A DNA stretch of 64,000 nucleotides from a virus, in IMG/VR virus record IMGVR_UViG_2545824693_000007, positions 925 through 64,924 of that record; one strand, 5' to 3'. This document shows positions 19,477-29,273 of the stretch, one piece after another. The notes beneath the pieces were generated by a model. That model did not search any database and had not been told where the DNA came from. It saw nothing but the letters and a program-made list of their open reading frames with translations. Each line of letters begins with the position of its first letter. Within the stretch, counting starts at the first letter, position 1. The translations under genes were made by a program, and so were the position numbers.

Positions 19477-20202
19477 ACCCATTTGATCTGCATAGCGGAA
19501 CGCGTTGTCAAGCAACTTCATTACACCTACAACGCCTTTAGTGGCATTTTCGACGTCTTTAATTGGTTCTCCCTTTGCTCTAATCTTGCTTAAATTAAGC
19601 GCGACTCCGCCTCCGAGTTTAGAAAGCTGCATTGAGATATCTATAGCTCTTGAAATATCATTCAATGAATCGTTGACTTCAAGTAAGAAACAACTGACCA
19701 TCTCGCCTCTTCTTTTACGCCCAGCGTTAAGAAATGTAGGTGTTGATGGTTGATATTCCTGTTTCATCATAAGTGATGTATATTCTTTAGCTTTTTCAAA
19801 ATCTCCATTCCCTAGATACAAAGCAACAATGCTCACTCGATCTTCATAACGCTCAAGAATTTTAGTTTTATCGTTTGTCTTCAAGGCATAGTCATTGTAA
19901 AACTTGAATGCACTCATGAATGAAGGGAATCTGAATTTAAAGCTATACGCTAATTTGAACACTTCTTTGATCTGCTCAAAGGTGTATAGACTCAAAAATT
20001 GTTCTTCGTAATAGTCATTTTCCAAAAGATAATCAAGCTTTTCTTTAAGATCGTGAAAGAAGACAGTGTTTTGATTAACGTAATCTACAAAGTAACTATG
20101 TACGGCTTCCTTATCCTTTTCAAATTGAAACTTTCCGCCTTTTTGAAGCATAATCTCATTGTTTAACTGAACCCACTTTGGTACTTGATTGATTACTGTC
20201 AA
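19477..20202 (-). CDS. nrdE: Class Ib RNR alpha subunit, exon 1
   Basis: QPSTPTFLNAG, VSCFLL, GGGVALNLS; ends RYADQMG. Confidence 0.95.
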
Positions 20203-20560
20203 TAAACTTAACCTCCTGTATTAACTTGTCCAAGTCGGAATCTGATCCACTTAATTCAAACTTAAGGATAACTGGGACATTATATTGCTGTGAGATTTTA
20301 TCTGCTGCCGCAGCAAAATAGTTCCCCCAATTTCGATTCCCACTTGAACAAACACCCAACAATAATTCTTTATTTTTATGTATGAACTTGTGAGTCTTTT
20401 CAGGAATTTGCCCGAATTTAATTGTGTATGTAATATGTATGAATGGCTCATTAACCCTTAAATCCTCAGTGATCTCCTTCGTTTTAATTTGTGTTTGTTT
20501 CTCTAGCTTTTTAATAAATCTTCTTACATTACCTGTCATGCTTTCATATGTAACAAGCAT
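20156..20560 (-). CDS. nrdI: RNR flavodoxin NrdI
   Basis: YESMTGNVRRF, SSGNRNWG, FELSG. Confidence 0.95.
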   Translation of the reverse strand: MLVTYESMTGNVRRFIKKLEKQTQIKTKEITEDLRVNEPFIHITYTIKFGQIPEKTHKFIHKNKELLLGVCSSGNRNWGNYFAAAADKISQQYNVPVILKFELSGSDSDLDKLIQEVKFIDSNQSSTKVGSVKQ

Positions 20561-20907
20561 TATTCATTCATACTTCCTGAAACAAATTTCTCAGTGATTT
20601 CCTCAGCTTGATTGTCTGCAGCAACTCCGGCATTTGCTTCTTCTAAATTAATTGCGGCCATTTCATGATAGCCTTTTGCCATTGATTCATAAAACGAAGC
20701 ATCCTTGAACTGATTGACTTCGACATATTTGTTTCTGTAGCTTTCAGGTACTACATATTGTTCACCATACGGATTTGTGGCAATATACTCTCCCCTTCTT
20801 ACGGAAACGGAAACCCCTTCAGTATGTATAACTGTGTTGTTTTTTGCTTGTTCAATGCTTACAAGATGATCTTTTTTTACATATAGTTTCTTAGCTGCCC
20901 CCATCAT
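20560..20907 (-). CDS. yosL: YosL-like protein with a MazE/AimX-like C-terminal helix
   Basis: Directly upstream of nrdI; MAKGYHEMAAINL...AEEITEKFVSG resembles the B. subtilis MazE (NdoAI) C-terminus. Confidence 0.8.
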   Translation of the reverse strand: MMGAAKKLYVKKDHLVSIEQAKNNTVIHTEGVSVSVRRGEYIATNPYGEQYVVPESYRNKYVEVNQFKDASFYESMAKGYHEMAAINLEEANAGVAADNQAEEITEKFVSGSMNE

Positions 20908-20971
20908 TCATCCTCCTCATTTTCCGTTGTTTATATTAATGCTTTTAATTTGTTTAAAACTATGATTTTAT

Positions 20972-21237
20972 TCAGTTTTGGGATGCTCTATTTGCTTCTA
21001 ATGTAGCTACAAAGCTATCGTCAAACACTCTTTTAGTGTTCACATGATTATCAAATGGCTCAACTGTAGCTTGCATTTCCCTCCCTTCTCCTTCAATCTT
21101 CGTAGCAAATTTTTCTGCCGCTTCTAAATCAGTAAATGTGACATCTTCTCCTGTAACAAAATTGTTGTATAATTCTCCCTTAGCTGTTTCTCCATCAAGT
21201 TTAACTACGACTACCCATTTTTCGTCATATCCATCAT
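20972..21237 (-). pseudogene. Frameshifted hypothetical gene (about 88 codons)
   Basis: MMDMTK then a shift in the A5 run (21218-21222) into the open frame KWVVVVKLDG...RASQN. Confidence 0.55.
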
Positions 21238-21250
21238 CCTTTTAATTATT

Positions 21251-21604
21251 TTAGATTAAAATCCAATCACCATTCTTGATATACTCGTCAACGTTAGACT
21301 TTGTATAAATAAAAGCTTCGTCATACATGTTATTAGTCACATCATACAAGTCAGCGTTACCCCTTCTTTTTGCCTCGAACACAACTCTACTGAAGTCGGC
21401 GTCAGATTTTGATTGTATTTTTTCAGAGAGTTTAAATTTGAAATGGTTTAAATTCGTTGTTTCTTTAATTTCTTTTACTTCATGTGGTACTCCACTTTCT
21501 TCTTGAGCAAACACAGCGTCATTATGAGCCTCGATAGCATCATCATAAGTGTTAACAAGTGATCCCAGACAATAAAGTCCATATTTTTTATCCATTATCA
21601 TCAT
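21251..21604 (-). CDS. Hypothetical protein
   Basis: 117-aa ORF. Confidence 0.6.
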   Translation of the reverse strand: MMIMDKKYGLYCLGSLVNTYDDAIEAHNDAVFAQEESGVPHEVKEIKETTNLNHFKFKLSEKIQSKSDADFSRVVFEAKRRGNADLYDVTNNMYDEAFIYTKSNVDEYIKNGDWILI

Positions 21605-21626
21605 CCTTTGAATTTATTTTTATCTT

Positions 21627-21893
21627 TTAAAGTAAACTTCCGTCCATGATCAAAACTCTTTCCTCATCACTTTGAAGCTCTTCGAGAACATCCGATATTG
21701 GAGATAGCTCTTGATCTTCTGTTACTGTACGACTGTGTTTAACTGCAGCATATAGCATGCCCACTTCTTTAATCGCATCACTTAAGTGTCCATCATCATC
21801 TGCAACTGCTTCTGTGTAAAGCTTCAATGCCCTTTCTTTTGTATTTGCTTTAATTAATGCGTAGTATGGGTCACACACCTCAAAGAATTTCAT
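21627..21893 (-). CDS. Hypothetical protein
   Basis: 88-aa ORF with GGAG RBS. Confidence 0.6.
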   Translation of the reverse strand: MKFFEVCDPYYALIKANTKERALKLYTEAVADDDGHLSDAIKEVGMLYAAVKHSRTVTEDQELSPISDVLEELQSDEERVLIMDGSLL

Positions 21894-21909
21894 CTTATTG
21901 CATCATCTC

Positions 21910-22122
21910 CTAATTTATTTTTGTGAACCTATTTATCTCTTTTCCATCAACAACAACTTTTCCAAAGAACATGTCCTTAGGCCTTGCCCACAGAATGCCA
22001 TCCATGTCTTCATATGTAACAAGCTTCTCTTCTGTCTCAGTATGAATGACCTCTCCAATAACCTTATATAGACCACCTTTATAGTGTTTAAACCGACAAC
22101 CGATTACATTATATGTGTCTAT
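21910..22122 (-). CDS. DUF1653-domain protein with an ATA first codon
   Basis: RFKHYKGGLYKVIGEVIHTETEEKLVTY...LWARPKDMF; GGGGTG RBS, in-frame stop, then ATA. Confidence 0.65.
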   Translation of the reverse strand: MDTYNVIGCRFKHYKGGLYKVIGEVIHTETEEKLVTYEDMDGILWARPKDMFFGKVVVDGKEINRFTKIN

Positions 22123-22137
22123 TTACTTCACCCCTTT

Positions 22138-22329
22138 TTAAGCTTCCACTAAATGAAACAATAAAACATTTTTATAAAAGTCAACCTGGATCGCATTCTC
22201 TGCATCTTCTCCATTAATTGTGCATCTAAAAGGAGTGTCCCCATAAAATTCGAGCTGTTCTTGTAGCACCTTAATAACATCGCTAATTTTAGGATTAATT
22301 AATTTGCCATTGCTCTCATCGTAAGCCAT
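22138..22329 (-). CDS. Hypothetical protein
   Basis: 63-aa ORF with RBS. Confidence 0.55.
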   Translation of the reverse strand: MAYDESNGKLINPKISDVIKVLQEQLEFYGDTPFRCTINGEDAENAIQVDFYKNVLLFHLVEA

Positions 22330-22372
22330 TCCTTCTTCCTCCTTCCCCTTAAAATCATCCTTTTATCTAAAA

Positions 22373-22720
22373 TTACCCCAAGATAACACTCTTAACATGT
22401 GGGCTCGTTTCTTTTAAATAACCAAGAACGTGTTGTTTAATTCTTTCTTTCAATAATGAGTTTTCCTCCCCCAGAAATTCTGCTAACTCCTCGATATTTA
22501 TAGAAAGTAGATCGTGGTTGATTTTACTTATTATATCTGTAAGCTGAATAGACCTTTTTTGAATCTTTTTAAAATCTTCAATATTCATTTCGTGGATATT
22601 ATTCATAAAACGCTTCATCATAAAATCAAGTTGAAATGAAATTGAATCTATCAACATTTTCTTTAGTGACTGAAATCTTTCATCTTTTCTTACTTCAGCA
22701 ATATATTCCCCAATCGTCAC
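22373..22720 (-). CDS. Hypothetical protein
   Basis: 115-aa ORF. Confidence 0.55.
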   Translation of the reverse strand: MTIGEYIAEVRKDERFQSLKKMLIDSISFQLDFMMKRFMNNIHEMNIEDFKKIQKRSIQLTDIISKINHDLLSINIEELAEFLGEENSLLKERIKQHVLGYLKETSPHVKSVILG

Positions 22721-22764
22721 GCTTATCTCCTCATTTCTGTGTTCAAATAAATTAAAACTTTTAT

Positions 22765-22971
22765 TTAGACTTCAATCAACTGATTCGTACCTTTAATCTT
22801 TGGATAGGTTGTTTTCTTATGAACTCTTTTCCTACACAATGGGCACTGAAACGGATATTGTGGTGGGTTTGATGTGAGCATCATATTTACAAACACAAGC
22901 TCTGGAGCTTCTTCGCATTCATCACAATGTAACGTCTCTCTAAAAACTTTAACTTGCTGCGATTTAATCAT
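22765..22971 (-). CDS. Small Zn-ribbon protein
   Basis: CDEC...CPLC. Confidence 0.55.
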   Translation of the reverse strand: MIKSQQVKVFRETLHCDECEEAPELVFVNMMLTSNPPQYPFQCPLCRKRVHKKTTYPKIKGTNQLIEV

Positions 22972-22989
22972 ATTCAGATTCCTCCTTCG

Positions 22990-23337
22990 TTAAATAAACA
23001 ATGTACTGACATACAGAACAATCAATGCAAAAGCTGAATGAAGTAAAGACTTGCCGGCTTTCTTGAAAATGTTCTCATCTTTTTCCTGATCTGACCGTTT
23101 TACACCTTTGACAAATACGTTGAGTAAAACACCAATAACAAATGCATGAGGTAAAGTGACATGGACATTCTGAATGTTGTATGTATCAATAAGCAAAGGA
23201 TTTAACACGTGATTCAATCCATAATAGACAACTAGTGACATAGTCAATGCTTCAACAAAAATGAGTAACCCAACTACAATCATTGAACCTGATCCGATAA
23301 AGAAACCGTTCCAAATATCTTTTGTATCCTTATTCAA
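22990..23337 (-). CDS. Membrane protein (yosE-like)
   Basis: 115 aa, three hydrophobic segments, downstream of the yosD-like gene. Confidence 0.65.
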   Translation of the reverse strand: MNKDTKDIWNGFFIGSGSMIVVGLLIFVEALTMSLVVYYGLNHVLNPLLIDTYNIQNVHVTLPHAFVIGVLLNVFVKGVKRSDQEKDENIFKKAGKSLLHSAFALIVLYVSTLFI

Positions 23338-23351
23338 TAAATATCTCTCCT

Positions 23352-23747
23352 TTAGTCTTTTTTAGTTAGCCTCTTCCACCAAGAAGTTTTTATCAATCTT
23401 TTATTTCTTCCATCATTGCTTTTTGCTTGCTCCTCATTGAGTTCTTCGCATTCCTTCAGGCTTTTTTCATCTACAATTGTCTTAATCAATCTGTCAGTTT
23501 GATATGTCCATTCGTTATGTATGTTTCTCTGCCTGTCAGTCACTATGACATATTCTTTAAGTCCGGGGATATAAACCTTGCCTCCAATTTCTATAGATTC
23601 AATATCTATATAACCCTCGAAGATTGCTTCAGTACGAGCTACCACACACACTGGCTGAGTAATCCACCTCTCTGTACCTGGTGCACGGTGTGCGTAATAA
23701 CTTTCTTTCATAACCAATCCTTCAAATGTTGCTTTATGCCGTCCCAC
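23352..23747 (-). CDS. Hypothetical protein (yosD-like)
   Basis: 131 aa, position. Confidence 0.65.
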   Translation of the reverse strand: MGRHKATFEGLVMKESYYAHRAPGTERWITQPVCVVARTEAIFEGYIDIESIEIGGKVYIPGLKEYVIVTDRQRNIHNEWTYQTDRLIKTIVDEKSLKECEELNEEQAKSNDGRNKRLIKTSWWKRLTKKD

Positions 23748-23780
23748 TTATTCACCTCCTTACAAGGGATGTCTTTAACG

Positions 23781-23960
23781 TTACATTTCATTAAATGCCT
23801 TTATTGCCACCAATAGTTGTTTGGCCTCAACTTCTGCCATTTGATCTCCAATTTGCACCTTTACCCATGTATCTGGATAATCAATACTCTTAGTTGCCAG
23901 GAGTTTCATAGTTTTTCTGTTTACTCCTCTTAATGTGAATTCGGATGTAATGTCTCTCAT
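23781..23960 (-). CDS. Hypothetical protein (yosB-like)
   Basis: Manual translation MRDITSEFTLRGVNRK...AFNEM, 59 aa, GGAG RBS. Confidence 0.6.
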   Translation of the reverse strand: MRDITSEFTLRGVNRKTMKLLATKSIDYPDTWVKVQIGDQMAEVEAKQLLVAIKAFNEM

Positions 23961-24084
23961 GATTTTCTCCTTTCTTTATAAAATTTGAATTTCATTCAAA
24001 ACTTTGTTTGGATTTGTCGTTATATGCGCTTGCCTGGGAAATTACAAGAGGAATACCCCCCACGATCTATTACAAATTATCCTT

Positions 24085-24306
24085 TTAATTAGTTTTATGA
24101 GGATAATTAAGACCTATATGATTTAATGTTTTCTTAATACTCATCCCCTTACATTCGTTACTAACCCTTGAGAATAATTCATTACCACACTTTTTACAGC
24201 AGTTAATTTCAATTCTGTCTTCTGTTGTTCTAACTTTTTCTTCGGATATCCTTACACATAATGGTTGTGCGGTGTATCCTTTGCAGATATCACATATGTA
24301 GTTCAT
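24085..24306 (-). CDS. Small Cys-rich protein
   Basis: CDIC...CCKKC. Confidence 0.55.
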   Translation of the reverse strand: MNYICDICKGYTAQPLCVRISEEKVRTTEDRIEINCCKKCGNELFSRVSNECKGMSIKKTLNHIGLNYPHKTN

Positions 24307-24368
24307 TATTCAACCTCTAAAATTATGTTTTAATTATATCCTTTTAATTTGTTTAAGTAAATAAGAAT

Positions 24369-24542
24369 TCACCAAATTTCATTTTTTATTTCTTTGATTT
24401 TCATAAGAGAAAAAATCAAATCATTGTCTACACGTTTCCAGGCTTCATCAGAAATTGTATCTTCTAAATATGTATGTAAATTATCAAGGCGATCTTCGAT
24501 CAAATCTAAGTGATATACTATGAATCTATAAGGATTGCTAAT
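24369..24542 (-). CDS. 57-aa protein with an ATT first codon
   Basis: GGAGG RBS, then ATT-SNPYRFIVY...EIW; no upstream in-frame ATG. Confidence 0.4.
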   Translation of the reverse strand: MSNPYRFIVYHLDLIEDRLDNLHTYLEDTISDEAWKRVDNDLIFSLMKIKEIKNEIW

Positions 24543-24557
24543 GTTTCTTCCCTCCGT

Positions 24558-24731
24558 TCAGTATGTATGGATAATCCAACTATTCACCAGCTTGTGATCA
24601 TATGTGCGCTCTTGGATCTCACAATTGAACGCTCTTCGTTTGTTTATGTACGCAATTGCCTTCTTTTTAGTCGGGAACTTAAGATTAACCCTTGTCCCGT
24701 TCCACAATACTCTAAAATAATTCTCCCCCAA
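24558..24731 (-). CDS. 57-aa hypothetical protein
   Basis: TTG start, MGENYFRVLWNG...IIHTY. Confidence 0.45.
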   Translation of the reverse strand: MGENYFRVLWNGTRVNLKFPTKKKAIAYINKRRAFNCEIQERTYDHKLVNSWIIHTY

Positions 24732-24769
24732 ATTCACTTACCTTTCTCTGTTTAAATTTGATATTTTAT

Positions 24770-25581
24770 TTAGATTTTTATGTAACTGCTCAGGCGTTTA
24801 TTTGCAATTTCACAATACTCTTTACTAATCTCAGTGCCTATGTATTTGCGATTATTTAAAGCAGCCATCTTGGCCGTTGTTCCACTACCCATAAAAGGGT
24901 CAAAAACAATGTCTCCTTCCTTAGACCCGATAAGATATGGTCTTCGGCTAACTTCTCTGGAAATATTGCCGGATGTTGAAAAGCTATTTTGTCACTAGTG
25001 CTCTTATGCATACCAACTAAATAACTCCAAATATTCCCCTTAGTCTTTTCATCCTTTGTAACTAAGCATACTGATTTTCTTCTTACCGCGGGATTGCATT
25101 CCTCAATAGAAGCTACTCCACCTCTTTTAGAATAATCATATTTCATTCCCGCGGTTCGACAAGGTTCTTTTTTTGGATTAAACACGTTTGGTTTTCCTTT
25201 AGAAAAAACGAACATATATTCAAACTCTTGTTCATACCTGTTATGGTTTTGAGGCAGCGGATTTTCTTTTCGATAAATCATTGTATCGTGCAGATTAAAG
25301 CCAATTTCTTTAAAGAATAGAGCCTGTTTAAAACTTGTCCCTGACTCCGACCCTTTGTGTGTTTTGTCTCCAACAACCCAAACGACCACTCCGCCCTTTT
25401 TTGTGATTCTGTACAACTCTTCAGCAGTTTTTTCGAAATTAAATGAATAGCCATTGTAATTTCTTAAATCATCATAAGGAGGAGAAGTAACTGTTAGATC
25501 AATGGAGCAGCTATCTATGTACTCTTTCATAAACTGAATGCAATCATAGTTATGTATCTTGTTTAGAATCTTGTAATCTAT
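24770..25581 (-). pseudogene. N4C/N6A DNA methyltransferase (beta class), frameshifted
   Basis: TSPPY and HPAIFP are in frame; a 1-nt deletion near 24927 puts DPFMGSGTT (SAM-binding) out of frame. Confidence 0.85.
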
Positions 25582-25695
25582 TTCTCTTCACGTCCTTTTT
25601 CTCTTTAAAAGAGATATTTTATACAATTGTTTTCTCAAAAGTAAGGCTGTCTCTTTTCATTTCTAAAATTAGAAGCTGCTTTTTCTCCTCCTGAC

Positions 25696-26295
25696 TCACC
25701 ATAGTCCTTCTGAAACGTTTTGAATTTGTCTAAAAACGAAATCAACAACCTCGTCTTGATTCATATGAGCAGTATCAATTCCAATCAACTTCAAACTTCC
25801 CTTGCAGTCCCAATCAATATATCTTTTTAATTCATCTATGTATTTATAATAAGAATCCTGCTGTTTTAATGATTCCTCCACACTTTCCTCCACTTGAGCA
25901 AACGGAACCTTATCTCTTTTCAATCTTTCTTTAAGCACATCCTTATCGGATACCGTAAAAAAGAAAATGTAGATTTCATCATCAAGCGTTGGTAGCAGCT
26001 TACACAGACTCTTAAATTTTTGATGAAAATCATATTCTTTATATAGGGATGAGAACACCATTTCTGTTGGGAAGAAACGATCTAATATCGTTGTGTAGCC
26101 ACTCATCTTTGACTTCCATTTGTGAAAGAGCTCAAACATGCCATCATAATAATTAGATATTTTCTTAAGCCCAACTTCACCATCTTCGTGGAAACCTGTT
26201 GGATTAATCAATGTACTATGCTTCAGCCGCTGCCTAAGTTTATAAGCTACTGAAGATTTTCCAGTCCCTCTTGCTCCCTCTAAAATTATCAGCAT
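25696..26295 (-). CDS. P-loop nucleotide monophosphate kinase (dTMP-kinase-like, yorR position)
   Basis: LEGARGTGKS Walker A, ILDRF. Confidence 0.8.
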   Translation of the reverse strand: MLIILEGARGTGKSSVAYKLRQRLKHSTLINPTGFHEDGEVGLKKISNYYDGMFELFHKWKSKMSGYTTILDRFFPTEMVFSSLYKEYDFHQKFKSLCKLLPTLDDEIYIFFFTVSDKDVLKERLKRDKVPFAQVEESVEESLKQQDSYYKYIDELKRYIDWDCKGSLKLIGIDTAHMNQDEVVDFVFRQIQNVSEGLW

Positions 26296-26456
26296 TAATC
26301 CACCTCCTTTCGAACTTTATGGAATCCCAATACCTCTACCTCATAAGATCCATCTTCATATTGAACTTCTACTTGATGATATCGTTCATCCACTGTTTTT
26401 ACAGTAGCTCTTTCGCCGGAATGGTTAACAATGACTTTCTCATCAACCTTGTACAC
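26295..26456 (-). CDS. 53-aa hypothetical protein (yorQ-like)
   Basis: GTG start; TAATG-coupled to the kinase. Confidence 0.5.
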   Translation of the reverse strand: MYKVDEKVIVNHSGERATVKTVDERYHQVEVQYEDGSYEVEVLGFHKVRKEVD

Positions 26457-26615
26457 TAAACACACATCCTTTTAATTAGTACAAAATAATTTCATCAAAG
26501 TCATATTCCTCATACCCAATTCCATCAAAATCAATTCCAGCTATTTTGTTTTCATGATCTATGTATGAAATAACCCCAGTTCCCATTTCATCTACGTATG
26601 CCTTTTGGTTAAGCT

Positions 26616-26834
26616 TCAATATGTATCACTCGCTTTATGTATTAAATTCAGTTCCGACTCTTTGTATCTTCCAACCTCTCCATTAGTGAAATGAAGAACA
26701 TCGTAATCATATTGCCAACTGTTTATTCGATCAATAATAATACCTTTAAGCCCAACATACGATGGCATTCCATATTTGGCGTTACTGTTGACCTCAACTT
26801 CATCATTAATGTCATAAGACCAGTACTTCGGCAA
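26616..26834 (-). CDS. yorP: YorP family protein
   Basis: MPKYWSY...NAKYG...VGLKG...YDY...KESEL. Confidence 0.75.
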   Translation of the reverse strand: MPKYWSYDINDEVEVNSNAKYGMPSYVGLKGIIIDRINSWQYDYDVLHFTNGEVGRYKESELNLIHKASDTY

Positions 26835-26838
26835 TAAA

Positions 26839-27552
26839 TCATCTCCCTTTTTTAAGAACTGTTACTTTAACATTTTTCCGGCCAAAATCTTTTGCAATTG
26901 ATTCAGATCCAACAAGAACATCAATCCTATTTCCTTTAATATCACCTCCTGTGTCTATTGCGTAGGCTTCAAATGAATTGCTGCCGTATGAAACTCTTAC
27001 TAATGAATTTAAAGGGATTAAAGAGGGATCAACAGCAATGACCCTCTTCCCCCTGTAGTAAATCGTATTTGACACGTCGTAGCCTGTTTTTGTTGTTCCT
27101 ATGCAGCCAGTGTCACAAAATGAAATGTAGGCTGTGGCAACCATACTAAAGACTTGAGCTTGTTCTTCAGGCTTCTTTTTAGTTTTCTGATCATAGCTCT
27201 TCCCCTTACTCTCGCGTTTCACTTTTAATTTGTTTTTATGTTTTTTCTTTTTCATTTCTTCTACTTTTATATGTAAATACTTATCTTGTGCTTCTTGAAT
27301 GATCTCTTGACTTGTCTTTAAATGCGGCAGCACCTCACTTTCAAATTCGAAATCCCAAATGTTGAGTTTCTTATAAAATGGCTCTTTTATTGAGTCTTTG
27401 TTTGACTGCAACAATTGATCATTCATTGATTTGTATGTTAATGTTGATCCCACCCCCAGTAAGAAGATAACAGAATATATCTTCATTTCTTTATAGATAT
27501 TATATACTTTTAATTTGTTTAAGTCTATCAGTTTTTTGAAAATTTCCATCAA
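26839..27552 (-). CDS. yorM: 3D-domain cell-wall hydrolase / lytic transglycosylase
   Basis: ATAY...IAVDPSLIPL...AIDTGGDIKGNRIDV; N-terminal TM. Confidence 0.85.
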   Translation of the reverse strand: MMEIFKKLIDLNKLKVYNIYKEMKIYSVIFLLGVGSTLTYKSMNDQLLQSNKDSIKEPFYKKLNIWDFEFESEVLPHLKTSQEIIQEAQDKYLHIKVEEMKKKKHKNKLKVKRESKGKSYDQKTKKKPEEQAQVFSMVATAYISFCDTGCIGTTKTGYDVSNTIYYRGKRVIAVDPSLIPLNSLVRVSYGSNSFEAYAIDTGGDIKGNRIDVLVGSESIAKDFGRKNVKVTVLKKGR

Positions 27553-29267
27553 TCCTTTTTCTTGCCTTTTTTCGGTGTTTTAAGGAAATCATCGATCCTT
27601 TTCTTTGCTACAGAGATGTAATATTCCTTATCCAAATAGCTTGGAATTTCTTTTATTTTGACATCATCATTATCAATAAAACATTTTTCAGGCGTGTTTG
27701 CTATTTTTTCAATTCTTTCTTCATTTTTCACCTTGAAAACCCCTTCAGCGTCTTCGTTTTTAGAAGCAAAAACTCTTAAGACTTTTTCAGGTAGCTTCTC
27801 TTCTCCATGAAAAGCATACTTATACTTATTTGAAACCTTAACGATTTTCTGAAATTCTCTCAACTGGTTACAGTTATTTATCGTTTCTTCGACAGGAATA
27901 TTTTTTGTGAAATATTCGATCATTGCTTTATTCACAATTGGAAGATCATAATCAAGGTTGTTGAGCTTTTTAACATAAGCACCCTTTGATTTGTAATTTT
28001 GATTTCCATCAATGATTATGTAATTGTTAACATCCTTTTGATAAATCTTTTCATATACATCCCATTCAAGTGTAAGACGCGTTCGATTCTCCCATTCGTT
28101 TGCAACTTCTTTAATTATGTCAATATCTGCTTCCTTTTCAACCTTCATAAAAAGTCCATCTGTGTTTGATTGAATGAGTTTGCAATAAGGTTCAATTTTT
28201 TCGATAAGATCTAATAACAATAATTGACCAGCAAGACATACGTTATTTGCCATTAAGGGGTCATATAGCGGATTGTATTGATCTTTCATTGCTCCATATG
28301 TTGAGTTAAGAACGATCTTGTATGGAGCCTGTTTAGGATCTTTTTTTCGTTTAAGTTCAAGGCGTGTATCCCTAATCTCATTATACTTTAAAGGATCTCT
28401 AACGTTTCTACTGATATAACCATATTCAATCATAATGGATGGGTATAGAGATGCAACGTCACAACATAGAATAATCCCTTCATCCTTATACTTAGGAATA
28501 GCCCCATGAAGCCCACCCCAGGCAAATATATGAGGAACACCTGCCACATCAACTTTTAATTTTTTTGAGTAGTCAAGGTTTTCAGGATCTTTATACCACT
28601 CCACAATATGCTTGTATTTTTCAACTTTCAATGTCTTAGGGAACTGAAGATCAAATTCATCTCCCCTATTTTCATGCTTTTCCGCTCCTAATATAAAGGC
28701 TGACAATTGGGCTTTTGTTTTTGTAAACATCGACATGTTCAAGTTAAAGGCTTCGATTAATGCTAACTGACTTTCGAATTCCTCTTGTTTATTATCAAAA
28801 ACCTCAATTGTTTGTTTAACATCATGAATACAGTAGTCAATTACTACTTTGATTTCCTCTGGATTTAAAGGTCTGTCGATATCAAACGGAACTGATGACT
28901 CTTTAATTCTAGATCCCATGAAACCCTCTAGCTGCTTCAGACTATGGAATCCTGTTGTTATATCAAAATTGTTTAGGGGCATTTTATATCCTTCTCTAAC
29001 AACATTAAATCCCTTTACATTATCCTCAATGATTCTTTTACTAATGAAATGAGGGTTCATTCCTAGTAAGATTCCCTTTAGTATGTATTGATCGTACATT
29101 CTTGAGTTATATCCTATCCAAATATCATCTTTAAAGAGCTTATAGAACCTTTTTAACTCATCAATGTTGTCTACAATAACTTTTCCCTTTTTTGAATCAT
29201 AATCAATTAAAACAACCATCCAGTTGTGCTTGAAAACTTCAAAGTCATAGAATATTTTCCTCATCAT
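27549..29267 (-). CDS. Family B DNA polymerase
   Basis: Exo I YDFE; motif A DVASLYPS; motif B KIVLNSTYG; motif C NTDG. Confidence 0.88.
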   Translation of the reverse strand: MMRKIFYDFEVFKHNWMVVLIDYDSKKGKVIVDNIDELKRFYKLFKDDIWIGYNSRMYDQYILKGILLGMNPHFISKRIIEDNVKGFNVVREGYKMPLNNFDITTGFHSLKQLEGFMGSRIKESSVPFDIDRPLNPEEIKVVIDYCIHDVKQTIEVFDNKQEEFESQLALIEAFNLNMSMFTKTKAQLSAFILGAEKHENRGDEFDLQFPKTLKVEKYKHIVEWYKDPENLDYSKKLKVDVAGVPHIFAWGGLHGAIPKYKDEGIILCCDVASLYPSIMIEYGYISRNVRDPLKYNEIRDTRLELKRKKDPKQAPYKIVLNSTYGAMKDQYNPLYDPLMANNVCLAGQLLLLDLIEKIEPYCKLIQSNTDGLFMKVEKEADIDIIKEVANEWENRTRLTLEWDVYEKIYQKDVNNYIIIDGNQNYKSKGAYVKKLNNLDYDLPIVNKAMIEYFTKNIPVEETINNCNQLREFQKIVKVSNKYKYAFHGEEKLPEKVLRVFASKNEDAEGVFKVKNEERIEKIANTPEKCFIDNDDVKIKEIPSYLDKEYYISVAKKRIDDFLKTPKKGKKKD

Positions 29268-29273
29268 TACCCC

